DNA of 33,587 nucleotides from Toensbergia leucococca (Eukaryota): NCBI GenBank assembly GCA_022813965.1, contig JALDZS010000035.1, positions 124,001 to 157,587 of the forward strand, read 5' to 3'. Shown piece by piece: positions 21,640 to 33,515 of this stretch (position 1 is its first letter; each line of letters starts with the position of its first letter). The notes under the pieces were generated by a model. It saw only the letters and a program-made list of their open reading frames with translations, ran no database searches and was not told where the DNA came from. The position numbers and the translations under genes were made by a program.

Positions 21640-24600
21640 CTACCCTCCTCGCCTGTAAGCATCATACCCCAGTTCACTTGCCTCTCGCCCAGATACGCCC
21701 CTATAATCTGTCCCTCCCGTCCTCCACCTCTCCAATCCTAAAGGCGCTCCACTATCTTCCTCTTCTCTCTCTCCTATTCCTCCATCATGTACAAATCCTA
21801 CTGGTTGAGCTCCACTCAACAGTCTCCTCTCGCTCTCGTTGCTTAAATTATACATGCCTAATCCACCGTCTCCCATATCACCATACCCACCCCGTTGGCC
21901 TTGAGATGCAGGGCCTTGCCGCGGTGGAAATGCCAGATCGTCCTCTGTCGTGTGATGCAGTCCGCTTTGCGTTCTCTGCCCAGCAAACCTAAACTCATGC
22001 CCTGGACTTGACGCTCTAGAACTACCGTTTGAATCACCACCATGTTCCAGGAAACTCCTGGGAGTCTGGCTCCTCTCACTAATGAGATCCGTCGGTCTTC
22101 CATACAGCTCACCGTCACCACCGTGTTCATCACTGAACTCTGGCTTATTCTTGTAGAATGCGAAATCAAGCTGCGTTTCGGGCACGAAGTCAAACGTGTC
22201 TCGATTTCCAGTAGTAGGAGCGAATCTAGCAGATTTGCCAGGCCGAGTTTGTGACATTGAATCCATGGCTATATCAGAATAGCCGGCAACAGATGCACCA
22301 TCTGGTTCAACGCGGCCGCGGTAGAACTGGGCGAGGACGTGTTGGGCCTTTGCATGGACCATGGGCGTCATGAGCGGTTTGTAAAGAGCCGGATGTCCGA
22401 ACTTCCTTGCGAGACGATCGTTATACTGTTTCTTGCCAGGCTCCGGGAGAGCTTCCGAGTCTTTAAGTATGACTTTTGTGTAATACTTACACTGGTCGTC
22501 AAAAGTCTTTGCACAGTACCATTTGAACGCCAGCATGAGAATAGGGAGAGGCGCCATAACTCCCAGCATCGTCCATGACCCGTTGGCTTTGATGACGAGA
22601 GCTGTGACAACGTTGGCTAGGATAGTGGCAAAGACAAATCGATTGTAGAGGATGCGCCAAAATTGACCTCCTGATTCGGTTTTGGTGATGAAAACGTAGA
22701 GTATGAGGTACTTTTTCAGCCATGCGTCCACGACGAAAAAAAGGGCTGTGACTGGGAGAACCAATGGCTGAATAGTAGAGAAGCAGAGAGCGACAGTAGC
22801 GTAAAAAAGAAAGTAATTATAGTAGGTTGCGTAATCGAAGGCCGGAGGAGCGGTCCACTCAATATGTTGGCGAGGGGTGGGGTTCATAAAGGTGTTGGCA
22901 AACCAAATCCATGTAAGGTTTATAATCTGAGATAGGTCGGCCGCCGAGCCAAGATTTCGTTGAAGGAGCCAGGTCACCCAGAAGGGAGAGACGTTGCAAA
23001 GACCGTACATTATTTGAAAGAAAAAACCAGCCTTTTTAATTGAATCCCAGACATCTAGATTCTTATGACGGTTGCTAATGACGGCAGACACGAAAGTCCA
23101 GATTGCTGAGAAGACAGAAAAGACGATCAAGTTATTGAAGACGAAGAAAGCATAGAGTTTGTGAGTGACGTGACGCTCTCGCGAAGTCTTGGTCAAGTCG
23201 CCGGCACGAATCGAAAGACGCCGAAAGATAATTGGGAGTATGAGGTAGACAAGAGAAGTCAATGCTGGAGAGGCAATACCCTGAACTGCGGCCCAGATTT
23301 TGGGCTTCCCATCGTACGTGGTCTGGAAGGCTGGCCAGATTGCTGCGAGGTGTGACAAGTTAGAGAGGAAAATGGCAATCATCGCGTTGGGTGCAGTCCA
23401 GATGAGTGTCAGGATTGCTACCCAGAAGTTGTTGGTGAGTTGCTTCCATTTTCTTGAGCTTTTCGACAATGGCAAGTTTTTCCAAATCAGATCATTAGGT
23501 CTCGGAGCCAATTTCAAGGTTATCCCTTTCGGATGCTTCTTCCTCGCAGCGTATGCGACCGTGTGTGCCTCTTCGATTCTGTTGTAGCTGGCAAAACCAT
23601 AAGGCATAGGATTGCGCTTATCGATAGAGTCCCGTACATGCCTGATCTCGTCCTCAAGATCGTGGATACGCCCAGTCAAGTAATCGATCGCATCCACCCT
23701 TCGACCAGCATTGCCGCGGCGATCATTTCTTGATGCACGTAACGTTGGACGCTTCGGAAGACGATCCGGATTCTTCAGAAACTTCGCAAGTATAGACTCC
23801 AATGCTCTGACGGTTTTTTCGTGCTGTTCAATGAGGCCCGGAAGCTCCTTTACGTTGCGTCCTATAGCTGCACGAGGTACGCCAGATGTTTGTTCAATAC
23901 TATCGACTATCCCGTAAATTCCCTCATCACTTCTAGCTGGCCCAGGAATGTCTGTGAGCATCAATGTACGCGAATGCAAGCTGTTTTGGTATTCGGAACT
24001 CTCAAAGTACTGCCTCCTCAATCGCGTGACGGCCCTATAATTTTGCCAAAGAAAGAATACAACAATGGTGTCGAATAGCCAAGAGCATACAACGTGAGCC
24101 CAAAGCGCTTGTCCTTCGACGGCTTGCGGAGTCATTGATGCCCAGGCCGAGGCGGGATCGAGCGACTTGTTACTCCCTAAGATATTTGCCGGTATGATAA
24201 TCGCACATCCTATGACGCTCATAATTAAGAACATGTTCCTGCACATCCTTGTAAACCTAAGAAATACCGTTCCGTCAAGACCGACTTTCTCCACGAGCTC
24301 GGCTTCTCTTGTCTTGGCCACGGGTATAAACCAAGCAAAGAGACCGTTGCCAATGGGAGGAGGAGCGTGTTTGTCATCTGCATGTCTGGTCTTCGGCGCG
24401 TAGACCACTGAGTGATGGGGTCGGAGAAAGGAGAAGAGAAGAGTGATCAGAATCATTACTCCAATGGAAGTGCCCAATGAGGCAAGGAAGGCATCAGTGT
24501 GGAACTACATAGATTCTCATTAGTGCTATGTGCGATCGCGGAAGTTCCGCCATGTACTCACCGCCGTTGTGAATGGATCCGATACAAGTTTGAGTAACTC

Positions 24601-24708
24601 CTGAGTACCACCTGTTGGAGTTGGATCCTGGCGTTCGGAAATCTTACGAGGATTGTTCATAGTGACTGTAGCAAACGACCGGATGCCCAGCATAGCCGGA
24701 CTTGACAT
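21640..24708 (-). CDS. OSCA/TMEM63/CSC1 (RSN1/PHM7, DUF221) calcium-permeable channel, ~1003 aa, 2 exons
   Basis: Exon 1 24708-24562, intron 24561-24505 (GTGAGT..CTAAT..TAG, 57 nt), exon 2 24504-21640. Motifs FSFLRP...VYAPK, GLDGTVFLRF, SRTLMLTDIP, DAIDYL, APRPNDLIWKNL, KLYAFFVFNNLIVFS, YILYVF.TKTESGG.FW and many hydrophobic helices. Confidence 0.93.
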
Positions 24709-25342
24709 TATGTCGAATCGAAAGCGTTAATTCGGGTCTTGACTTACGACACAGGAGAATCGAGCGTTCGATCAGACCATGGTGGGGAAAGTGCAATGCG
24801 TTATGGTAAAGAAACGTTGTAAAGAATTGGAGAAACTGTTAACAAAACAAGGAGAGAAGTGGTGGAGCTTGTACCACCGGCATTAATAAAGAAGATAGAA
24901 GACAGAAGACAAAACGACAGGAAGAATTGATTTACAGATGATCAGGATTTGCTGTCATGTTGGGAATTAAAACGTCTGGCGCCGGCCAAAAATGCCATGC
25001 CAAAAATGGATTTATGAGTACGGGCGCCAAGAACAAGTCGACTCATTTTGCCAAGCCGAAAAACTAATCAGCTGGAAAAACCACCTACTTCATTCAGCTG
25101 TCACGGCGAGACAAATCCTCGGACTAAGAGCATCATGTTCATGAGTCAAGTATTTTCGTATTTTTGTCAAAGCGAGACGACAGTCAGTCGTATCCGCACT
25201 ACTTCTTTAAAACTATCTACAAAAAGTAGAGAAAGCCATCGTGCATGAAATCGAATCCCTCACACTCTGTGTCATCGAGGCACTAACCCTAGAGACCATA
25301 AAGATACTCCAGTATCTTGCTTGGCATTCGCTCATGGAGTTT

Positions 25343-26580
25343 TTAGATTTGTCCAGCCGTGTTGAAATCAATGAGCCCTTCCTGCACACGCGTTGTCATG
25401 GTTTTTTCTCCCTCCCGTACCCAGACACGAGGATCGAAGAACTTCTTATTAGGCTTATCGTCCCCATCAGGATTCCCAACTTGTGACATGATGTACTCCT
25501 TCTTCTTCAGAACATAGTCCCGGATTCCAGTCAAGTATGCGTACTGCAAGTCAGTGTCAAGATTCACCTTGACTACACCATAGCTTATTGCATCCGTGTA
25601 CTCTTTCTTCGAAGACCCTGAACCACCATGGAAGACGAGGAATACTGGCTTCTCTTCCTTTGAATTTGTCTTTTCCTTGACATATTTCTGGTGTTTGCCA
25701 AGTAATTCCGGATGCAGTTTCACATTACCAGGTTTATAGACGCCGTGGACGTTGCCAAAGCCGGCGGCAATAGAAAAGTAGGGGCTGATGGCAGATAGGG
25801 TGTGATAGATGTTGTAGATATCTTCTGGTTGAGTGTATAGTGAGTTGTTGTCGACCTCTTCGTTGTTGACACCATCCTCTTCACCACCGGTAATACCGAT
25901 CTCCTAGAGCACATTCAGACTCGCTCCCGCTTTCTGTTTCCTTTCATCGTGTGCTTACCATTTCAAGCCATTGCTTCATAGGTGCAGCCCTCTTCAAGTA
26001 CTTTGCTGTGGTTGAGATGTTCCAGTCGACCTCCTCTTCTGATAAATCAATCATATGGCTGGAGAACAACGGCTCGTTGTGCTCCTTGAAATACTTTTCA
26101 TCCGCATCCATCATGCCATCTAACCAAGGGAGGAGCTTCTTGGCACAGTGATCGGTGTGAAGAATGACGGGAATGTCATAGGAGGGAGCAATGGAACGAA
26201 TATATTGGGCGCCCGCGACGGCACCAGCGATTGAAGCTTGTTGATCGCCATTGGCGACACCCTACATTGAAAATTAGAAGAACGAGGGTCGATCTTTTGG
26301 CTTGCACACCTTTCCAGCAAAGTATGCGGCACCACCTTGAGACATCTGCAGGATGATGGGTGATTTCTTATCCCGTGCAGCTTCGAGCGACGCTACTACT
26401 GTGGAGGAAGATGTGACATTCTGCCACTTTGTCAACTTTTCCTGGCCACAAGATCATCCACCAATCAACACTCACAATGGCAGGAATTGCAAACTCCTTC
26501 TCCTGTGCATATTTGAAAAGCTTGAGAACATCATCGCCGACGATGACGCCTTTCTTTCTGCTGAGCACGCTCGTTGCCAT
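25343..26580 (-). CDS. FBA1: Fructose-bisphosphate aldolase class II, 359 aa, 4 exons
   Basis: Exons 26580-26476, 26420-26310, 26261-25959, 25903-25343; introns of 55, 48 and 55 nt. Motifs FAIPAINVTSSST, LHTDHCAKKL, SSHMIDLSEE, LEMEIGITGGEEDGV, FGNVHGVY, VFHGGSGS, KVNLDTD, PNKKFFDPRVWVR. Confidence 0.98.
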
Positions 26581-27527
26581 TGTGGGTTGTAGTATCAGTG
26601 TCGAATAGCTCGTCACAAGTGGAGGGAAGTCGATAGTTTGGCAAGCAAACGATGAGAATAGAAAATTGGTGGGACAATAAGGCACTGAGACGTTGCAGTG
26701 AAAGTCAGGTGGGCCGCTCGACGTAAAGGACCGATTTGGTGGGGTTCCTCGGAACCAAAAATGGCGCTAGGAGAGGGGATATGAATAGAAGTGGTTACCT
26801 CTACCCCCCAACCGGCCACTTACAGGGCTGACCAGCAAATTTTCACTGCGGCGAGTGACTAAGGAATTAATAGATTTCTGGCCTAGCCCTACGAGGCTGG
26901 CTAGTCCCTTAGGTTCTATGAGCAGCTGAGCAGCCATGCCAACGTCCAAGCGTGCCAAGTAAGATTCAACCACAATACCACCACTAGGCAGAAAGATGAT
27001 AATTATCGTAAGCCCGAAAAGAGGAAAACAACTTCAAAGACCATAGACTTCACGCCTAACAATTCACGCCATGCCCAGCAAGCTATCAAATTCAAACAAA
27101 CCCCACTCATCAAGCATCCCCCGTGACTTAAAACAAACCCACCTTCCTCAAACCTTAGAAACATAAATACTTTCCTTCCCAAAGTCTCAGCCACTCCAAC
27201 TCCCTTAAATCCTCCTGCAAAACCCCTGCGCAGAAAGGGATTAACCCACGCTCCCTCTCCCGCCTTTCAATCCGCAGTCTCCCTACAATAAAGAAATTCA
27301 AAGATTTCAGGGTCGTGATTTTGATGTACTCTCGCTGCCGCGAATAGGAGGTTCAAGCAGCCACTTACACCTATTCTAGTCCGAAAACTAAACCATCAAT
27401 TTAAACGGGGGCAAACCCCACAGAAAAAAACGGCCCTCGGTCATTTACAAAAATCAAGGAAAAGGAAGTAATTCCCCATTTCCACCCCGCCTCCTCAACA
27501 ACCTCACAACCATAACCACACTATCCA

Positions 27528-28029
27528 ATGCCCCTACCCCCACCGCACATCCACCACGCCCTCATAAAAACCCACCACATCACTTCCCGCCGCAAAATCG
27601 CCCTCCTCCGCGCCGCAGCCACAACCCACGCCTGCCGCGCTCTCCTCCGCTCCGGCGGCGCGCCGGTGATCATGTACGTGGAGGGTGGGGAGGAGGCGGT
27701 GGGGAAGTGGGTGCGGGCTGTGAAGGTGAGTCCCTTTTTAGGCGGGCTGGTGGGGGCGGACTTTTCATGGATGTTGAACGGAGCGGCGGGTTTTACGACT
27801 GACATTCCATCGGGTGACTGGGGTGTAGGAGTTGAGGTATAAGGACTTTCGGGTGCTGGCGAGGCCGGGGGTGAGGGTCGTGGAGGGGGTGGTGGAGGAG
27901 GAGAAGGAGGGGGAGAGGGGGGTGTTGGAGGAAGTGGGGAGTGTGGGGGAGTTTGGGGCCAGGATGGAGGGGAAAGGGGTGTGGGAGTGGTGGCGGGGAA
28001 AGATGGGGTTTAAATTGGGGGGGGATTAG
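27528..28029 (+). CDS. Small conserved protein resembling the RWDD2/RWDD3 C-terminal (DUF1115-like) domain, ~132 aa, 2 exons
   Basis: Exon 1 27528-27725, intron 27726-27828 (GTGAGT..CTGAC..TAG, 103 nt), exon 2 27829-28029. Spliced ALIKTHHITSRRKI...LLRSGGAPVIMYVEG...WVRAVKELRYKDF...FGARM...GVWEWWR..MGF matches the HHI.S..K / G.PG..YxEG / L.Y pattern. Confidence 0.78.
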
Positions 28030-28245
28030 GTTTAGGGAATCGAGGATGAGGCTTCTGAGGCTGCGTGGGTACGGTGAGGGATTCCCTCGTTCTCAATGAT
28101 TATAGGTGTTCCTTTTGCGAAGGGGTAACTGGGTTAAAGGGGAGTCGCAATATGCGTATGGTGAATGTATCCTGCGTGGATGACAACTATCTACGCATTC
28201 ATGGATATGGTTGGGCCATGGGGCTCTGCTTATATGAGCCAGCTC

Positions 28246-29532
28246 TCAACTATTCTTCGCCTTCCTCGCTACCACAACCGACTTATCGTACACCAACGCG
28301 GCCCCTGTCCTTGCCTCCTTCCCGGCTCTCGGCGCCATTTCCTTGGTGCTTCTCTCTTTTGCAGGATCCTTGTCCTTGAGCATCTGCTCTGCTATTTCTT
28401 CGGCGCAGACGAGGTACCTGTTTGGTTGGTAGATGTGAGTACGCAATTTCCCTTCCAGGAGAGGGTACAAGATGCCAGGAGGAGCTCATTCGGTGCAAGA
28501 GCCAAGGTAGGAGAAACAAGGTTGGCATGTCAGGCGGCCATGATGGGAGAAGAGTCAGAGGGCGCCAGCTTACATATCGGTCCAGAAAAGCGCCATATGC
28601 GGCGCCTCGCAGTAGTTGTGCGTATGCACATCATCAAAACCGTGCGCCGAGAGCGTATTAGGAAGACGTTGCATCCAGTCGCGAGGACCAATGAGTGCCC
28701 TGCATTGCACGTCAGTAACGATGCACTTTTGCGAGCTGGGAAGTCTAGAAACATCACTCGTCATTAGGACCCTTCATTGGCTGCGTGACTAGGTGCTTCA
28801 ACTGCTCCAGCGCAGCCGTCTCAAGACCCGGCGCGGCAGTTGAGATGTACGCGGCATCGGAATTGAGTTCTTCCCATTGAAGATAGCCGCCGGGCTCTGT
28901 GCTGATTAGCGCTCTCCCCTTTTCCAACGACGTCGGACCGTTGCTCTCATGGGAAAGCAAAAACAATCATCAACCTTCGTTTCCGAGACGTACTGAGTAG
29001 GCGACACAAATTCTTGACGACGACTGTAGGATTATCGTTCTTGATGACTAGAGCGATAAGCCGCACATGGACAACGTCATAAGCGCCGACCATCTCCGGC
29101 GGCAGTTCCTCAAATAGATTCCACCAACGGACGTGATGTTGGAAGGAAGCCAGGCTCGCGGTGGGCATTGAGCGAGGCTGATATCGAAGCCATCGAGACG
29201 AGTGGCCGGTGCGGTTTGGCGCGAAAGCTCCAACAGCCAGATGCTATACGACAGGTCACCGGTGGCGCTTTGAGCTGATGATAGACAAAATCTCTTACCC
29301 GGAGCCGGTGGCGATGTCCGCTATGCAGGCGTCGGCGTGAAGGGGGGGGATGCTGGGATGTATGTGGAACCGGAGGGCATTTTGCCAGAGATAGTATTGG
29401 TAGTTGAGGCTACGTGGAGGACGATGTCAATTCCGTTGGCCAGAGGCATTCAGTGAGGTAGAATCACCGCGATGTTGCAGCGTAGCTGCGTTGTAGGACA
29501 TATTCGTCTTGGTCAGGACGGCTTGAGGTCAT
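28246..29532 (-). pseudogene. Class I SAM-dependent methyltransferase (LaeA-like/Methyltransf_23 type), 6 exons, one 1-nt frameshift; ~287 aa if repaired
   Basis: Exons 29532-29468, 29409-29299, 29243-28994, 28896-28758, 28699-28574, 28417-28246, all introns GT..AG. Motifs EYVLQRSY...RLNYQYYLW, IADIATGSGIWL, LDGFDIS, YDVVHVR, LKPGGYLQWEE, VVVARK. Exon 3 is one base short: AAC ATC ACG TC CGT TGG TGG near 29131. Confidence 0.82.
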
Positions 29533-30120
29533 GACTGAAGCGGGACCAGTATGGTTCTTGGTGAATTTTAATGAGACTAGGGAGGAACCTGAGTAGCTAA
29601 AGTTTTAGAAATAGGTACAATTCAGATACCCAAACAGTAGCCAGGGGCGATGGTGAGGTCACCCATATGTGCTTCTCCCGCGGGGCATCTGTAGAATATC
29701 ATCGTGCTGCATCAGAGCTCGCGTGCAGTGATGCTGCATGCACGCAGCCTTGGTAGCCGGATGCAAGCGAGTACCAACTTATACTTAAGGACTCAAGTAA
29801 TATCTTCGCCATTGGATGTTGAGGGTGAACCAATACACGACGTATGTGAGGGATACTCTCTGTCGCCAGATTGATTCTGACTGACGGCATGTTCATGCTC
29901 AGCAAGCACCAAAGAAAATCGAGAGTGAGACGGAAATTGCTGAAATATTGTCTCAAGCCGTCTCAATTGTAGGAGAGTACATCGAGTCTATAACGAAAAT
30001 CCTACCTATCTCATAGCTGATGGAAACCATGAGCTTCGGAGTTGATCAATGACATTTCTCCAAACGCATACATTACAAGGCGTTTGCCGGCAGGTTTCGA
30101 GCAACGGAGAATGAATTCGA

Positions 30121-31062
30121 TCATAAGAAATCACCTTTGTCCTCTTGAGCTCGCACACTGATAGTCCTTCTAATAGCATCACCCCCTCTGACTCGGATTT
30201 CCACTCCAAACTCGCCCAAGGTCTTGATCCTATCCGGCTCACTCGATAACTCCGCGTCTTCCTCCCTGATGAAGAAGACAATGTCTTCCGCGCGAAGAAC
30301 TACCCTGGCACCTTCTTCGGACTTCGCTAGGGCGGCCTTAGCAGCAGCTGCTACGTCTGCAGCACTCACGGATCCATACACTACAGTGGGTTGTGGCTTC
30401 GGTAATGGCCCTGATGCTGCGGCCAGATCTGCTGCTGCTGGACTTGCAGATGTTTCGGAAGGTTCTGCCGGAGGTTTCTCGGGCTCCTGAGTCAATATAG
30501 GGGTCCTATAGAAAATCAATTGGGCTGGTATGTTGGCGGACATGAGTTCTATTGCGCGTTCAGGCTTCATCTATGTCAGCATTGGTTGCCACGGTACATT
30601 GATTAGGGTGACATTACAGTAAGACGATTCATCTCTATCTTTGGGTTGGAGCTTTTTTCCTCGACCTTCTTAACCCCAAAGGTATAATCACGTTCAAATA
30701 CCGTACCTCGCATGTCCATTTCCCGTATATGGGTTTCTGTCATGTACTCTGCATATTTTTGGGGGTACCAGACATTGCGCATTCGGCCAGGGGCTACGGG
30801 GATAATAGCACCTGCGATATTTGAATTGTCAAATAGAGACTCTCAAAGCCACGCCGAGACGGTAGTACTTACCTTTACGGCCATATGTAGGGATGTTTCG
30901 CAGAAGCCTGACCTTGACCGTAGAAGGTTCTTTTGCGGTCTTCTTCTTGCCCCGTACTTGCTGGTAAAAGGGATTGGTAGACTCGGAAAGATCAAAGCCA
31001 GTGAAGCGACGTATACAGGACAAGCATTGGGGAACCCTCTGGATCCTGATCAGGTTCGCCAT
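30121..31062 (-). CDS. MRPL50: Mitochondrial ribosomal protein bL9m, ~275-277 aa, 3 exons
   Basis: Exons 31062-30873, 30811-30618 and 30570 (or 30564)-30121. Presequence-like N-terminus ending QQVRGKKK; L9 N-domain VKVRLLRNIPTYGRKGAIIPVAPGRMRNVWYP...AEY; C-domain VYGSVSAADVA...RIKTLGEF.VEI. The symbol given is the yeast name for bL9m. Confidence 0.9.
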
Positions 31063-32049
31063 GCTCTAATCGTATTGGGAGTGGATGAGCCTCCAAATGT
31101 TTCAGAGAGAAATACTCCGACCAAAAATGTGTACAAGAACTGTAGACCAAAACAAAGCCCTGATCCATTAGTCCCGTTCCCTAATTGAGCTTAGCTGGGA
31201 GACTAGCTCATCATGAGCTCGACATCGGTCCTCAGTCTCAATTCTGAACCTTGACACCATCTTTCAACTAAGTAAGTTCTCATCAGCCTTCCATGTATTC
31301 AGCTTGCAGGGTCAAGATCCAAAGTAATTGAGGCAAAGACAAAAAAATCAACAAGTTGTGGAGTATTAGCTACCGGACCAATTATCAACTACGCCGTTGA
31401 GGCGACTTGCAACGAACCAACGTTTCAGCGGCAACTTACCGCAAGAGATTCCGAATCCAATTTGAACTGGAAGTCAATGCCGTTAATGTAACTGACAGCT
31501 ACGAGTAGAAGCTAACCACTATGTCACCCTAATCGAGGCTGGCACATAGCAATTCTCGACCTCTTTTAGGAATCTTGCATCCACCGCGCGTAAAGCCGGC
31601 ACTGCGGACTGGATGTCTCCCTAAATTGACTGTCTATGACTTGAGCTCACACGGACCGTCAGCCGTTGTTCTTTAATTCGTCAGAACTTGCTAGGAGGCA
31701 TTATGTTTGACCTGACAGCCAGTGTGCTGACTGATATAGGCTTGCATGATTCAAACGAAACATTCATGTGATATGGAACTAATCGTGTCAACAGCGAGCT
31801 CTTAGTTCGAGGGTCGTCATTTCACCCCACCGAGTACATGAGACAGACCGGATCATGGCCTGGTAGGTTACCATGGGAAACTTTGACACAATCTAACTCT
31901 CTGGGTTCCGCTGTCCATATAGCCGCTAAACCTGTCAAAGTCGCATATGCGATAACTTATGTAAATCGCCTAGGTCACAGGCGTTTCATCATGCAATCAA
32001 CGTCCGTTGCAGGAAATTGTGCCAGATCTCTGAAAACATTCAAGGAAGC

Positions 32050-33217
32050 ATGCCGGTAGATCCGAGTGTATCTGTTCCAACGGCCCCGGATTTTCTTCTC
32101 TGCAATGCTGCTTATGGGGCCGGTCTTCGGACGGCAGACTGCGGCGCTGCCGCTCTCATCCAGTTTGCTGAAGGACAGGTCCCTTTTCCGTACGTCGATC
32201 ATCAGACTGTCTACCTCAGCCACACCGTGCCATTTGAAGCTACATTCGGTAAGTAGAATTGGATTCTTCAAAGCACGTGTCCTCCACCGTGACTAAAACC
32301 AAGCAGGGGGTTGCATAATTAGGGTTCAGTTTGCCGATCATTCTGCCGGGTCAACTCTCATGTGGATCATACCAAACGATCTTAGGACGTTGACTTCCCA
32401 GATCATTCGACACTGCGTGACAGAAGAACGTGGTATCGGTGGCTTCGCAACCCTCGGTCTAGCGGGCGCGATAGCTTTTGTTGACAGTGGCACTGCAATG
32501 ACTGACATTGCGTTAAGTCCATGGCCAGCGTATACACATTTTCTTACAATCACTGTCAGCAGTGTGAACAGCCCAGAGATCAATCCGGGCAATACTGATC
32601 CTAGCATCCCAATAGCCATTGGGACCGAAGCTAGAGGTCATGTCCCAGGCTTGATAGACACCTGTATCAGGACTGCGCAAATGATGCAGCGAGGTAGCAG
32701 TCGAACATGGTATGATACTCATGTATCAGCAGGGCTGGATCATATGAGCTACCAATGTGACAAGAATCTCGGCAGTCCATCCGAAGTCGATTGCACCCAG
32801 ATCGAATGGAGCCAATTCGGTCCTGGCCAATCCGGCTCCAACACATTGGCAGTCAGCCCAGGAGCACCAACATTCCTCCACTCAAATACCTGCTACCTCG
32901 CCATCTCCGCCGCTCTATCCGTCATCTTGACCTGGGCGCAGATTCAAACCGCCGTTTCCACCCTGATGAACACATGCATCCAGGCTCCCTTCCACCCAGT
33001 CCAAGGGGGCAGAGCGTACTACTCGCCCTCACCGAGTCATCGCAAGAGGCAAGCTGCTTCGTCGGTCACGGGATTGGATGCCTTGCCGCCGACTGTGAAC
33101 ATCACCATGTTCGAACAACATGAACCGTGGCCGGGGTCTGCGGCGGCAGAGCTCAGGACTTGCGCCTGGCAAGCCGTGCTGGCGGGGTTGACAGTTTCGC
33201 ACTGTCCTGATATCTAA
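32050..33217 (+). CDS. Cys-rich protein with two Ecp2/KP4-like repeats, at least ~369 aa; 5' end uncertain
   Basis: Exon ending 32248 (frame open from about 31930, first ATG 32050), intron 32249-32306 (GTAAGT..CAG, 58 nt), exon 32307-33217. Two units with spacing C..(Y/L)G....DC.....(G/T)C.(I/L).(V/I).....I...C...GG.A. Confidence 0.72.
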
Positions 33218-33492
33218 TGCCGGTTGGCTGAGGGGAAATCCCGCTCTACTGGAATTGGCACTGGACAGAAACGTTTATGATTTTAGCGGGGAGTGTCTTG
33301 GAGCGTATAGGAATAGCCCTTTATTGATGGAAGTGTACTTGGAATCGTCATGGTTCTGAAGCCAATTGATTTCCATCTCTAATATTTTGTTCTGTCCCCC
33401 CCCCAATAAAATTTCATCAGAAAGCTTACTAGTATGAGCCGTCCTCTCATTTCCTGACCGCGCTGTAAGAAGCTTTGAGGCACAACTTCTGT

Positions 33493-33515
33493 ATCATCAT
33501 CATCATCATCATCAT
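33493..33515 (+). repeat. (ATC)7+ microsatellite
   Basis: atcatcatcatcatcatcatcat, 23 nt. Confidence 0.85.

Noticed and set aside
28026..28037. TTAGGTTTAGGG, and (TAGG)5 at 21102-21121, as telomeric repeats
   Set aside because: Too short and not tandem TTAGGG; explained by local G skew or slippage.
28418..28573. Longer introns (this 156-nt one and 19133-19333) as snoRNA or stwintron hosts
   Set aside because: No paired C/D or H/ACA boxes and no nested donor-acceptor set were seen.
15049..29532. Secondary-metabolite cluster suggested by the C6 factor plus methyltransferase
   Set aside because: No PKS, NRPS, terpene synthase, oxidoreductase or efflux gene is present, and housekeeping genes lie between the two.
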